Part shown: positions 1-15,156 of the stretch, one piece after another
Layout of the letters: the number at the start of each line of letters is the position of its first letter
How positions within the stretch are numbered: position 1 is the stretch's first letter
Origin: the human T2T-CHM13v2.0 reference genome, Homo sapiens
Length of the DNA stretch: 64,000 nt
Assembly (NCBI RefSeq): GCF_009914755.1
Contig: NC_060935.1
Reading direction: 5' to 3' (one strand)
Translations under genes and position numbers: made by a program
The notes under the pieces: model-generated
What the model was told of the DNA's origin: nothing
Seen by the model: the letters and a program-made list of their open reading frames with translations, nothing else
The model's database searches: none

Positions 1-21
1 CTTTCCTAAAAATCATTTACT

Positions 22-332
<311 letters not shown>

Positions 333-392
333 TTACTCTCCCCCAAGTGGTCTACACTCCTTCCCCTTCTTCTGTTAAGACAAAATATAAGC

Positions 393-882
393 CAATGGGG
401 TTCAGAACATACTAGTCACAACTTATGATAACTTTGCATTTGAGAAAACAGCAGAAGGAAGGTCACTCTCACCTTCCCCTCACCCCTTCCCCCTGAAGCA
501 GATCATAAGACCCTCATTCCAGAGATGCCCTCCGTATACCCAGAGGAAAGAAATAGCCTCATCTCTGAAGACACAGGGACATACAGAAGAATCTGAACAA
601 ACAGGACTTACTAAGCTCCCTCTCATTTATCACTATTAGGTTGTGTCCCCTTTGTCCAACAGTACTTCTCCACAACCATCCACATCTTCATCAGATTTAG
701 CATGAAAATACACAGGTTTCCCTGTTTCTTTGGATCTTCATTTCTGAAGGCTCGCTTGTTCTGTAAAACTTACATTAAATAAATGTGTATGCTTTTCTCT
801 TATTAATCTTTCTTTTGTTATAGGTGTCTCTGCCATGAACCTTGCAATAAGTGAGAGAAGGTACTACTTTTTCTCTCCTGCA
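393..882 (+). mobile_element. ERV1-class solo LTR (MER34/MER39-like)
   Basis: GGGGTTCAGAACA start, AGAAGAATCTGAACAAACAGG core, ATTAAATAAA polyA region, ends CTCCTGCA; homologous to inverted copy at 9163. Confidence 0.7.
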
Positions 883-1060
883 GCTCTCATGTCTCCTCAT
901 ATTTTTTGATACTCGCTTTTTTTCTATGACGCCCCATGTATGTAATATTAAAAATTAATAAAATTGCATACTTTATCCCCTGTTAATCTGCCTGTTGTTC
1001 ATTTATTTTATAGACCCAGCTGTTGAACTATGAGGACATAAGAAAAGTCTTTCCCCCTCT
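883..1060 (+). mobile_element. 3' part of an older MER34-like LTR (probable host of the LTR at 393-882)
   Basis: second AATAAA...CCTGTTAATCTG...GAAAAGTCTTT LTR 3' end immediately after the first. Confidence 0.45.
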
Positions 1061-2276
1061 GGAGTTCAAATAAGGAAACATTAACAGGGAGAATGCAAGC
1101 AAACCTAAAATTCAGAATATAATTACTTTGATTGACATAATGGGAAGGTCAACATGACTTCCCAGAAAATGACATGCAGGAAAACAGGCAATTTGTAAAA
1201 GAGTGATGATTTTGAAAGTGGAATTTGTTTCTTAGAATTATTTTTATGCATTCTTTCCCAACAGCCCCAAGTTTAAGAATTCATCCAAAAAGTATGTGTT
1301 AAAATACCCTACTAGGATGATTTCAACTTGTTTTTGCTCCCTTTTTAGGCAGATTTTGTTCCACTTGCTTATTCAGGCATTGTGTGAGCAATTTCTTCTG
1401 TTGTTCTGATAGAATCCAATGTTCCTCTCTCTTCAGGATGTGCCAAGGCAAAGCATGCTTTTTGTCTTTGCTGCCTTTCTAATTCAAATGTTGTTGCTTT
1501 ACACTGGTTGCTAATGAATCTCCTGATTATGATTCTGCCTATGTATGGACCCTTAAATCTCACTGGGACCCATTTTCTATACCCTCAGTTTGCAAATATC
1601 CAGGTACCTATACTCAAGGAGTGGGGTTTTCTTTGTTTTGTTTTGTTTTGTTTTCTGGGTGAAACAGATAGAAAAATAATTTACCTAAAATTTTTCCTCC
1701 ATTCTCTGGCACAGAATTCGGTATTCATAAACTCAGGTCAATAGCCTGCATTAAAGTGGCTTTCCATTGATCAGAGATCTGCGTTTGTATTTTAGAAAGA
1801 GTAGGAGACACTTCATAAAAGACAACTTTAAGTCAATATCCTACATGTCACAAACAAAACATTATTTGTTAGTCACAATGTGAATATTTTTAACGCCTGT
1901 GGGGAATGAGACTATCTTAAAGCTGATGAGCTCCCAGAAGGAAAATAGAATTTGCAGGTTATCTGACTTTGAATTCACCCTGAAAGATAATAATACTAAA
2001 TAAAACTTTATAGCTATGAAGACTGAGGCTCAGCAGTTAAATAGTTTTGCAACCACAGACATTTAGGACCTTAGATGTCCTCTAGTCCAGTTATCTGTTT
2101 CTACATATACAGAAACGAGTACAGGGAGGTAAAGCAATTTGGGCTGTCATGCAAATAGTTTTTCATCTGTTTGGGTACAGTGCTTTCTCTGGCTTCTGAA
2201 CAACTATTATGCATGTTATCTGTACCTCTGCAATTTAATCACAGCCTCTGCTTTGTGACACTTTTTGTTTATGAAT

Positions 2277-2450
2277 TGTGGTGAAGAGACTCTAAAATGT
2301 GGTGAAGAGACACAAGAGGCCAGTGATCCTGTCTCATGTGCCTGGACAATTTCCTCCCCTTGAATGTAAGTGGGACCTATGACTTCTTTCTAACCAATAG
2401 GATGTGGCAAAAATAATGGAATATCATTTCATAATTTCATTACATAAGAT
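2277..2450 (+). mobile_element. MaLR LTR fragment (MLT1F-H-like 5' part)
   Basis: CCCCTTGAATGTAAGTGGGACCTATGACTTCTTTCTAACCAATAGGATGTGGCA resembles MLT1 consensus. Confidence 0.6.
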
Positions 2451-2499
2451 GATTCTCACATCTGTTTAGTTCAAGCAAACTATTAAAACATGAAAATAG

Positions 2500-2837
<338 letters not shown>

Positions 2838-3624
2838 AGCTACTGTAAAAACATAACTAAGTCTTTGAAAATATTTAGGTTATTACAATTATTATTCTAC
2901 TTTACTGTATATGTTTAAAACTACTTAATAAATGGAAACAGGTTAACCAAAGTGAGAAATATTATTGGAATAACACCATGCCAATATCAAATAGCATTAT
3001 TAAAATATATTTTGGTGTTAATGTAAAAATTAAAATAGGGACAGACTTTAAGCCCACAAACATGATGAAATATTTCTTATTTTTAGGATTTTATATATGA
3101 GAATCTTAAATTATTTTTATGAATCCAAAGGAATAGAGAAAATTTCTTATTAGAATCTCATTTTTGTGTAGTTTTCTAAAACATTACCATCTGCCAAGGT
3201 ATATTTGAAGATGATATCATGGCCCCAGGAATAAACTAGCCTCATCTGGGTTGGTTGGTTTGTTTGTTCCCAACCACCGCCCCTGCCACGTGGACTTTGG
3301 CACAAGTTGTAAAAATTAATTTTACTTATAAGTTATCTTCATTTTAATGTTGGGTGACAAACTGCTGACTTGTTAGATACTTAGATTTAAACTATAACAA
3401 AGCAACTGGTGCTTTTATGAGTGGAACCGAAAGTGATCTGGAGCTCCTAAGGTGACCAGGCATCCTGGGAATTTATGAGCCTGATCTGTGGAGGGTATTC
3501 GAGTTTTCCCTGCCCTATCTGCCGTGGCTGCTCTATAACCAAGTATCGAACCAAGATAAATGAACTTTGCACATTTAAATTTTTGACTCTTAAAAGTTAA
3601 CTGGGAATAAGAAGTTCTTAAATG

Positions 3625-3840
3625 TTGGAATCAGAATCTTAGAACTGAAGAGGACCTTGGAGGTTAACCAATTTGACTTCCTCACTTCACAAATGAGTCA
3701 CCTGAGCAATTCCTTTGCCAAGTAGATGTGATTAATTCTATCTTAGAGAAAAATATGGCCAGAGAAGTGATCTGTTCAGGATTGAAAATCTAATGGATCA
3801 GGAAACCACAACATCAGTTCGTATCTGTCTGACTCTAAAA
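3625..3840 (-). mobile_element. MIR SINE fragments
   Basis: AGAATCTTAGAACTGAAGAGGACCTTGGAG...CACTTCACAAATGAG and TCTGTCTGACTCTAAA MIR-like motifs. Confidence 0.5.
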
Positions 3841-4164
3841 TTTGATTATCTCCCGTGACACCATCCTGCCTTTCATAAAATTCCTCAGAAGCAAGAATAT
3901 GGTTTATAGAGATCCAAGAACAGAGAGCTTTAGAAGAGACACAAAGAAAACCCTTAAACAGTGTAAGATGAGCCTTCACAGAGCAGGTAGGGAAAGACGT
4001 TGTCAAAGTACACCTTTCAAAATGTTAACTCTCATTCAAATATTTGGTAAATGTGTCAAAGATTTGTTTAATGCATCAGAGACAGGACCAGCAGGATAGT
4101 AAAGCTGGTTCAAAGAGCATTTGCAGAACAGAGGTTTATATAGGCATTCAGGAAGGCAATGATG

Positions 4165-4585
<421 letters not shown>

Positions 4586-7500
4586 TTAGGTTTTTCTACT
4601 GAGAGAATAAATTTACATCTCTATTGATAAAAATCATTTATAATTTATCAGTCTGCTTACTATGCAGAATTCAAGCCCTAATCAATAGTAAATAGTATAT
4701 CAAAGTTTCATTTCTCTAGAGAAATACTCTCTTGGGGTAGTTGCCTAGTAGCTATCTGGCAACTATGTATTTAAAGTTATATTCCTTGACCAGCACTTGA
4801 AGTCCTTAGTTTTTGGGGCCAATTAAGTATGGAGCAAAGTATACTAATAATTGACCATGCTGGGGGTAGAGTTGGCCTCCTTTTATAAAAGCTAAGAAGC
4901 AAAGAAAAAAAGTGAGCATAAACAGAATATCATGCCACCTCATCCCAGAGATGACCCACAGAAGTAACCTCAGGCAAGGCTATAAATTTACTCCAAAAGT
5001 AACTTTGTTTACAATGGAACACAGACAGTTGGACACTAGCACCTGATATAAAGGAGTTCTGGGCATCCCAATCCTATTCTCAGGAAAAAATGGTCTTTTC
5101 ATTCCATTTCTATCTTGCTTCTTGCCTCAAAATCTGTTCTTGTATTTAACTGTCTCCAAGTTTTTTACCTAACCTGGAATTCTTAACTGAGCACCTTGGA
5201 TCTGTTGGCAGGTTTGTCATGAACAGCTTAAAATCATGACACTTGAATGAATAGAAAATCATCTTTTCCTTTTACCTTGGCGGAAACAAGGTTGGAACTT
5301 TTCAGTGAAACATACACTATAAAGTAAAAGAAAATCCACAATATCATATCAAAGAATATTTAGAAAGCATAGTCAATTTCTGGTGTGGCTTTAATTAACT
5401 TAAGCTCATTAAGAATCCTTCCATATCATTGGGGGATTCTGCTCAAGGAAATTAAAGTATTTTTTTTTCTTTTCCTCATGTATAACTGGGGAACCGTGCC
5501 TGGAAAAAATAAAATCAATCACCTTTTCTTCAACCTTATCTTTCCCCTTTTCCCACTTCTTTTTCCACCTCCTATCTTTGCTCTAGCATGAAGCTTCAAA
5601 GAGGCTCCAGTGACCGTTCACCTCTCTTCCTCCCATCTGAAAGTTAATGTGTTCAAAGGAATCCAGTAGACTGATTACTCTCATTTTTGTCCCTGCTGTA
5701 TCTTAGAGGGGGAAAAAAAAGTAAAGGCAAAGTCCAGGCATTTAACTGCCTACTCAACTTCTATTCTAAAACTAACTTAACTCTGTCTACTGGCAGAATT
5801 GAGTCCAATGATAGTAATTGCTTCTGAAAAGCAAAAGACAGTCAGAAGTCTATTTTAACTTCTCCTTGACTCCTTATTATCAATGAATGTGCCTTCCTGT
5901 ATGCCAGCTTGGAAATATAAATACCTGTTTCTAAAAGTACAGCATATAATGGCTGAGAAGGTTGAGAAATTGAGATCGCTGATCAAGATCCATTAGCGCC
6001 CTAGTACACTCTGAACATTGATTGGCAGTAAATACAGTAGCAAGCATGAAACTTGATAGAATGGGACACAGGCCAACCACAGGCAGACATACAAAACCTA
6101 ATCTGAGGGCAGTATAAGAGACAAGGGACAAATTTAGGTTCCCAGCCTGGCACACACAGTGTAAAAGATCCAAATATGGTCTTTTCCCCTACAAATTTTT
6201 TTTCTTAGGAGAAGATGGAATCACCCTAGAGACTGCATCCAATTTTATCTGCATATACATATTAGTTTAATTCAAAGTGGTCTCCCCGTCCCTTTAATAA
6301 AACTAAATGAGAAATATGACAAGTCATGTAAAAAGGGCTAATAAGTTTACAAGATCTTCCTTCTGAAGTGGCAATTTTAAGTTAATTTTTTAGTGAACTT
6401 TTATACTTTAATAAAAACTTGTACTTTATTTTAAGGGAAATAGAGCCTCCTGCTCTCTTTATGCTTAATTTAGAATATCTGCAAAATACAGTATATTTTT
6501 TTGAAATCTTCTTGGGGAAATGATTCTTATTCTTATCTCTGTTGCTACATTGACCAATGCTCTGCCTCTTCCCTGGTATTTTATCCAGTAAATGTTCTCT
6601 TGCAAGGGAAGTTTTTCCAGCTGGAAAATATTCAGAGATTTTCTGATCTAAGGTTACTGTTGTTTGGTTCTTCCCACACTAATATCCTTAGTGAGTCCTA
6701 GACTTTATACTCCTCTCAAAATCTTGCCTTTTTAAAAAAAACTTTTAAGCTCTGAAGTTTTTAAGCTCTAAGTTAATTCACTAAGTTAATGAAATTGCTG
6801 ACTCTCCATTTTCTAATTTCTTTTCCAACTGCAGGCAGATCTGCTTCTCCTTTTAATGGTGTTCTGTTTTTCTGTAAGTTTATCTTTCCTTTTTATGCAG
6901 TTTCAGATGAAGGTTTATTTGCTTTTTGACTTCAACTTGCCCCATGAAGAGCAACAGTTTTCACTAGGCCTGAGTGCCTTCCTGTTTTTCTTCATCTTTC
7001 CCGTAATTCTTGTATATGTTGCTTAAAATTTGGTATCAAACACCACAAAGTGACTCTGCAGACTTTAAATAGAAGGAAGATTATATTTAAAAGTTTGGGG
7101 TATCTCATAGAATTGAGGGAATGATTAAGCAGTCAAGACTCTGTAAGTTAAGGAACGAAGGCAGCTGGGGATATTGAAGCACCTGGAGTTTATGGAATTT
7201 CAATGATCATCTTTTCAGAGCAAATAGAAAAATGAGTTATAATGCAACTGAAAAATAAATAGATACAAAGATAGAGAAAACAGACTATAGATACAATGTA
7301 CAATATAATCCCAGTTTTGAAAAAGAAATAAGGTATAGTATTATCATAATGGATCACATATTAGAATAATGATTTTCTTCATTGTATTTGTCTATTCTCA
7401 AATTAACATGTATTACTCGTGTGATTTTTGAAGTTTGAAAGTAAAATATCTCTCTGTTGTGGAGTTATAAATAAATGACCTCTGTGAACACATCATTCAT

Positions 7501-9375
7501 CAGAACCATCCATTAGTGTTTATTAACTTCTGGCTGGTGGCCCAACACATTCCTCTGCAATGTGTTGGCTCTCCGCAGTTTTTGCATTGTGTGGGATTTG
7601 AATAAACTTCAATACCCCAGAGAAGGTCCAGTCTTTTCTCTCTGCCTCTCTAAACTGTTGCAAGAAGAACTGGCTCTTCCAGCTCTCTATTTCCTTCTGT
7701 GATTCTGCTACCCTTTTCATGCAGTTCCCTCTGGAACTCAGTTCTAGAAGATCTCATTCTTTGTCTAACATCATTTTGTTGGATCTTGAAGACTGTGGGT
7801 GTTATTGCCTTTCATGGGACAGGAAAGGGAATTATGACTGCCTCCACAGGAAAATAAAATTTTGCAGTGGGTAATATTGGTTACAGAACAGCATAAAGAA
7901 GAAACAACACCATGTTTTCAGTGTAATTCAAATATAATGTGAGACATAAGAGAGTCTCAATCCATACTACCAGAAAAAGCAGAATATAAACATATATATA
8001 AGAAGATTCCATTTGTAAAAATATGCCTATATTACTATCTTTAACTTGGATCACCACAAATAAATTTTTCTTTTTGCTCATCAGTGTTCCCTAGTTGTTG
8101 TTTTTTCCCCTTAAATAAACCTGTGTGACTTATTTTAAACATTAAAAAGGTAAAATTATAACTGCAGGTGGGTTACATATTGTCAGGAAGAGACTACATA
8201 CACATGAACACCCCGCTGCATCTTCCCAATTGGCCGGCCAAGATTTCAGAAACGGTGGAAGTGAGGTAGCTGCACAGAGCTGGAGCAAATGCAGCCCACC
8301 TCGGCCTGGCTTTTTCCTCACCCCTGACTCCCCTACAGGGTATGCAGCTGCCTGCAACACTCACTGGCCAGAGAGAATCCTGACAGAGCTGGGGAAAAAA
8401 AATTTAAAAGGTAAATGTTTGCTGCACCACTGCCATACTTGGTTTGACTCTCATAATTATGTTGGTTGTAGGATATGGTTCAGAAATCCTTTTCCCACGG
8501 TAGCACTGAAACTGAGATCCAGCCGCCCACTAGAGTTCATTGTGGCCATTTATAAATACATATAATATTGTTAAACTTACCATTATCCTGCTCAATCTAT
8601 GCGTTCCATTACTCTCAGAGTAGGCACTACTCTACTATACTAGACAAGTAATACTGTACTAGACAAGGATGGGGCCTAATAACTGTGGCATGTGCCCCTC
8701 CGTAAAACCGGCTCTTGCCTTAGCTTTTGGAGGGCTTTAGATTGTGGGTAACCTTCGCTATCCACAGTGGAAGCCCAGGATTTTCTTTATCTATCCTGTT
8801 TCCTGACCTGACTCTTCTTTCTAGTGTTCCGTTCCCTTTAGTGTTCTTCCACTTTTTTAGGACACTCCAGCTGGGTTTTAAAATTCAGCATGCCCCTTGA
8901 AGACAGAACAGTCCTTTCCTCACCACATACAGAGCTGACAGTGCTCTGCTTTCGCCTGAGGATAGGTGGAATGGTACTGATTGTCTGCAGTTGAGAAGCA
9001 AAAGTATGGCTTCCTGACCAATTCATGAAAAATGCCTTGAGCTAATTACTAGTGGTTAAAGAAACACTGCCACGGGAACAGCACTCCTCCAGACTGATGT
9101 CACCAACAGCGTGCTTACAGCTTCTCCTCATATGTGAAAACAAATACCTATGCTTTTATGATTGCAGAGGAGAAAAAGTAATGTCTTTTTCTTATTCATT
9201 ACAAGGTTCACGTCTAAGACTCCTATAACAAAAGATAGATTAACAAGAGAAAAGCATGCAAATTTGTTTAATCTAATTTTTATGTGACAGATGTCAGAAA
9301 TGACGGCCCAAAGAAATGGGGAAATCTGTGTGTTTTTATGGACAGTCACGCAGGAGTGTGATTAAAGGACAAAAG

Positions 9376-9535
9376 GGTATAATCTAATGGCAATAAAGCG
9401 GGATAAGTTTTATATCTAATGGCAATAAGTTGGGCTAAAATAAATAATCTATATGGCAGTAAACTATGGTATAATCTAATGGCAATAAACTGGGGTAAAT
9501 TATATAACCTAATGGCAATAAACTGGGATAAAATA
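9376..9535. repeat. degenerate minisatellite, 5 copies of ATCTAATGGCAATAAA core (~30-bp period)
   Basis: copies read directly in the sequence. Confidence 0.85.
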
Positions 9536-9651
9536 AATTTAGCAAGGCCTGTTTATTCAGATTCTTCTTGGCATCCCTGAGGCATTCCTTCCTTCAGGGT
9601 ATAAGGTAGGACACCTGTCACATGGAGGTCTTCGGGGGAGGAGGAAGGAAG

Positions 9652-10092
9652 CATTTTAGTCTGTTTTGTGTTGCTGTACAGGAATACATGAGGCTGGGTA
9701 ATTTCTAAAGAAAAGAGGTTTATTTGGCTCAAAGTTCTTCAGGCTGTACAAGAAGCGTGGCACCAGCATCTGTGCAGCTTCTGGTGAGGTCATTTGTGCT
9801 GTATCTAACAGCAGAGAGGGTCAAAGGGGAAGCAGCACACGTGAAGAGAGCACAAACCCAAGTGGTGTCCAGGCTTTGTAACAAACCAGTCTCTCAGGAA
9901 CAAACCCATGTTCCTGAGTACCAATCCAGTCTTGCAGGATTGAGAACTCACTACCAAGAAGGGCACCAACTCACTCATGAGATGTCCACTCTCATGACCC
10001 AAACACCCTCCACTAGGCCCCACACTTCACTGGAGGTCAAATTTCAACATGAGATTTAGTGGGGACAAACAAACCATACCCAAACCACAGCA
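9652..10092 (-). mobile_element. MaLR solo LTR (MSTA/MSTB-like)
   Basis: GAGGCTGGGTAATTT...AAAGAAAAGAGGTTTATTTGGCTCA and end AATTTCAACATGAGATTT...CAAACCACAGCA. Confidence 0.85.
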
Positions 10093-12219
10093 AGAAGGGA
10101 GATCAGAGGCTGATCATCCCAGGTATTGTGACCTGCTCGGGGAAGAAAGGTAAAAGAAAGTAAGAGTAGCCTAAGACAAAATCATACCTTTGAAAGTGAA
10201 TTTGATATAAACTCTGCTATTAACTGACACTCGTTATTTATAAATAAACTCATTAAATATAAGGCTATCTTCATGGTGCTTGGAATGTACCCCTACCTCA
10301 GGAAATGAGCAGTGCTTCCTACACTGGGTGCTGCAGGGACAGGAAGAAAAAAATGATACAATGGTCTTTTCCCATGTACTCATCTGAAATATTGTGCTTT
10401 GCCTTATTTTTTTAAATTCCTGGGCTTCCGTAGCTGTTACTATTGAACAGAAAGCCCCTCTTTCCTTGTTATTTCTCCTTCCTAGCACAGCAAGTTCTAA
10501 TTCCCACCTCCCTTTCAGCATTCCAATTCTAGAATATTCTTCTACAGTTCCCTACATTTACAGCTGTTTTTTCCTAGTTTCTGCATGCTCCTTTAGGTGG
10601 TTCCATTCTTTCTCTGACTACGGAGAACCAATGCTTTACTGGATCCTGAGGGCACATTGAGTGGTAGTGAGTTACCAGAGGCATGAAGAGGAAGTGTGTC
10701 TCCTTAGCCTATCCAGACAACATCCTGATTTGATTACCTATGGTTGGAATTGAAAGTAAACAGAGATATTACCAAATTGGTAGTCCACATCCCAAAATCC
10801 ATGCTACCAAAAAGACATTTATAGATTATTTGTAGGAGAAAAGCCAGTACACCAATGTAAGAATTTATCATCTCATTTTTATAAAAAGAGATATCTTTAC
10901 ACTTCCTTAAGATACAAAATAAATGGTATTTATTATCATTTTGATTATCTATCTTTATTAATTACTCTCAAATCAACATATGCTATGGATAATTTTCAAA
11001 TTTTGATGGTAAAATATTACCTCTGAAACAGCACATCAAATCTGGTAATAATTGTGATCACAAATAAATTCTCTGTTGATGCCAGCAGGCGTCCATGAAC
11101 CTCTGGTCACTGGCACAGCCTGGGTGCCTGGTGTTCTCCGCAGTGGGACCTCGGAATCCCTTACCATAAGCCCCTCCTCTGGACTTTCCTTTTTTCATCT
11201 TTCAAAATGTCCAGGCTTCCAGTAACCTCTCACCACAGTAAAACCCTAGACACCCTTTTTCTATCTCTTCATTCTGTAACAAAACCAAACTCTCCCTTCC
11301 AGGTTTTCCATTTCTTCATGAGTTTTCCCTACCACTTCCAGGCAGGCCTACCATTATTTTTAAGTGTCAGCGTGTCCCTCTCGGTTAAGTCCAATTCTCT
11401 GTGCTTCACGTATGGTTAGCACTGTTTGAGCCTAGGATAAGATAAATGGAAGTGCCTACTTTGGACCAGAAAGCAAATTGCTCTTCATACTTTTTTAAGA
11501 AAAAAAAAATCTTAATATGATTAAACTTGGTTACAGCAGAACATAAAAAAGGAACAATATCTCATTAATAGATATTTCTAAATAGATGCCTCTGAAATAT
11601 ATTCACAGTTCATTAGTGAGAGAAGAAACAGAACACAAACTATACTGTCTGATTTTATGTTTTGAAAAAAATTAACAATGTTATCTGTAATTTACATGAA
11701 AATAATTTAATTTCTCCTTTATGCTCATCTATGTTTCCTAATTTCATCAAATCAACCTGTATTATTTTATCATTTATATTATTTTAAAGGAAAGAATGTT
11801 ACCTGCAGCATTCCAGGTTACCATATGGGGCAAGAGATCATACCCCTTCCTATGCTCACTGAATGCTCCATTTTATTTAGCCAAGGATAAGAACTTAATG
11901 GAGGCCAGATGCCACATAGACCAAAAGGAAATGCACTATTTCCTGTCCCGGCTTTTTTTTTTCATGCCTGCCTTCACTGTGGGGCTGCTGGTCACTCTGA
12001 CTGGCATTGAGAAAGCCAAATTATTGGTGTGCTATTGTCCTTTCACAAGCATGCTTAAATCACCATCTCACTAAAAGCTAATAATCTGTGCACTTAAAAT
12101 AATTAATTAATAGGTTTGACTTTTAGAGTAGTCTTAGGTTCACAGAAAAACTGAGCAGAAAATATGAAGCTCCCAAATTCATGCATTTTTGTTTAAAGAA
12201 ATATTCAAACACATCAGAT

Positions 12220-12657
12220 TCTCCAAGAGAATTGAAAATATATATTCATATGGAAATGTGTACACGAATGTGCAAAGTAGCATCATCCGTAATAGCCAGC
12301 AGGTAGAATCAACTCAAATGCCCATCAACTGATGAATAAACAAAATGGGATATATCCACACATTGTTCAGCCATAAAAAGGAATGAAGTACTGTTACATG
12401 CTATAACATGGAAGACCCTTAAAAACATTATGCCGAGTGAACGATGCCTCTCACGGAAGGCCACATGTTATATGATGCCACTTATATGAAATACCCAGAA
12501 TAGACAAATCTATAGATTAGTTGTTGCCAGTGTTGCAGAGAGAGAGGAATAAGGAGTGACTGCTACTAGGTGCAGGGCTTCTTTTGGGGGTGATGAAAAT
12601 GTTCTGAAATTAGATAGTGACGGTAGTTGCAAATATACCAAAATACACACTTAAAAA
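12220..12657 (+). mobile_element. L1MB-like 3' UTR fragment
   Basis: CAAATGCCCATCAACTGATGAAT, AGCCATAAAAAGGAATGAAGTACTG, GGGGTGATGAAAATGTTCTG. Confidence 0.8.
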
Positions 12658-12664
12658 TGCCTCT

Positions 12665-12961
<297 letters not shown>

Positions 12962-14489
12962 TTATTAAATCAAAATCCCACCAATGAAGCCACATCATCA
13001 TGGGGGTTGGAGGGAAAAAACAAAGTCCATAGCAGGCTGTCCCTGAGGAGCCTCTCTGCTTCAGCTCTACGATGCCCTGAAAAGCCAGCTCTCTGCAGGG
13101 CACCACCTTCTCTGGGTGAATAAACTTATATCAGACTGGTTCTGATTTTGAGTGCCGTGAGGGCAATAGCCACTAATTTCTTGAAACCCAAATAATCTCC
13201 CTGAATGAGTTTTGGGAGGAGCTGCTTCTTTCCTGCTCCTGATCCTTCTCTACACAGGAAGGGAACAAAACTAGGGCCTCTCTGCACCTTCCCCAGGTTC
13301 TCAGGGGCAGGGTAGAATGAGAGCTGTACCTGCCCTCTTTCTCCATGTGTCACTTTCTTACTGCTAATGCTCAGCTTTCCCTCGAGGTTTTGCTACTTTT
13401 TCACTTACTTTTAGCTGGATTTTAAAACTTAATTTCCCTCTTGAGGTGAACCCATTCCTTTCCTATATCACGTGCAGAACTGACACTGTTTGATGAATCC
13501 TGGAGGCATAATAAATGGTAGTGATTCATTAGAAGCATCCATTTTATTTTTTTTAATTAAATGTGTAGCTGATTAATCTTGGTTAGAGTGGAGCGTATGA
13601 GAAAGACATTACATTAATAGACCACTACTAAAATCACACCACAAAGAAAGATGTTTGTAGTTTGTCACAAAGAGAGAAAACAGGACACAAAACAATATGT
13701 ATGTACAGTGTGATCCCATTTTTGTAGAGATATCTACCTTGCTATCTCTAATTAGTGCCACAGTGAATGATTTTCTTTTTATCTATTTTCTACACTGCTA
13801 AATTGAACATACAAGTCTTATGCAATTTTTAACATTCAAAAGTAAAATGGTACCAACAACATTTATAATAGTTATAAATAAGTAACTCTAAACTGATCAT
13901 CCTAGACAATCATTTATCAACCTCTGAGTGGGCATACAATCCTTCCTAGGTACCTGAGGGTAGGAAGGAGGCACCAGAGGCAGGGAGGAGAAATATGGGC
14001 TAGAAAGGAATGAAGGTGCTCTCGGCCCTACAGGATATCATAGTCTGAGAAACCGATGCTATACATCAGAGACCTAGAATAGTAACAGACTGTCTGCTGT
14101 GTGCCCTTTTATTCTAGTCATTCTTTATTAAGCAACATTTACTGAAGGGCCACCTGTGAGGATAAAAATTCAAATAGGATATTGTCACTGCCTTTAAGAA
14201 GCCTAAAGGAGCATTAATTCTTTCCCTCACTTTTCATACAAGATCAAGACATGGCTTGTTCTTCTCCATGTGCTTTATGTGATGGCATTTTTTCTCTATA
14301 ACTCTTTTCTATAGAGCCTAACCAAGCTGCAAGATCTGGACATGTTTTAAAGAGCAACTTATTCTGGTGGAGAAATAAGAATGAAAGGGAAAGAAAATCT
14401 TTAAGACACATGTCCTAAATATCCCCAGTTCCTCCTCCTCCTCACTCACACATGTGGAAAAGTGAGAGAATAATAACATTAAGTAGCAA

Positions 14490-15156
14490 ATATTTTTGTT
14501 TTTATTTTTTTACTTGTTCAGATATTTTATTTTTTTATTTCTGACTTTATTTTCATTTTATTTCAGATTCAGGAAGTACACGTGCAGGTTTGTTAGATGG
14601 GTATATTATCTGATGCTGAAGTTTAAGCATGTAATAATCCTGTTACCCAAATATTAAACATAGTACCCAATAGGTAGTTTTTCAACCCTTGCCCCCTTGC
14701 CTCCCTCCCCTTTTTGGAATCCCCAGAGTTTATTGTTCCCATTTTTGTATCTGTGTGACCCAGTGTTCAACTCCCACTTATTAGTAAGAATATGCAGTGT
14801 TTGGTTTTCTGTTTCTGCATTAATTTACTTAGGGTAATGGCCTTCATCTGCATGCATGTTGCTGCAAAGGACACGATTTCATCCTGTTTTATGGCTATGT
14901 AGCATTCCATGGTGTATACATGTCATATTTTCTTTATCCAATCCACCTGGGGTTGATGGACACCTGGGTTGATGCCCTGTCTTTGCTATTGTGACTAGAG
15001 CTGCAATAAACATGTGAGTTCAAGTGTCTTTTTGGTAGAACAATTTATTTTCCATTGGATATATACCTAGTAATAGGATTACTGGGTCAAATGCTAGTTC
15101 TACTTTTAGTTCTCTGAGAAATCTCCAAACTGCTTTTCACAAGGGCTGAACTAATT
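14490..15156 (-). mobile_element. L1 3' end (L1PA16-like), 5'-truncated
   Basis: T-rich tail, GTGCAGGTTTGTTA.ATGGGTATATT, ATAGTACCCAATAGGTAGTTTTTCAACCC. Confidence 0.85.

Larger units (their letters stand above)
9163..10170 (-). mobile_element. ERV1-class solo LTR (MER34/MER39-like), interrupted by an MST LTR
   Basis: reverse complement of the LTR at 393-882 (TAACAAAAGATAGATTAACAAGAGAAAAGCAT; GCAAGGCCTGTTTATTCAGATTCTTC); resumes after 10092. Confidence 0.7.

Noticed and set aside
9376-9535. Repeat-spacer pattern resembling a CRISPR array
   Set aside because: Primate DNA, degenerate repeats, short spacers similar to each other, no cas genes
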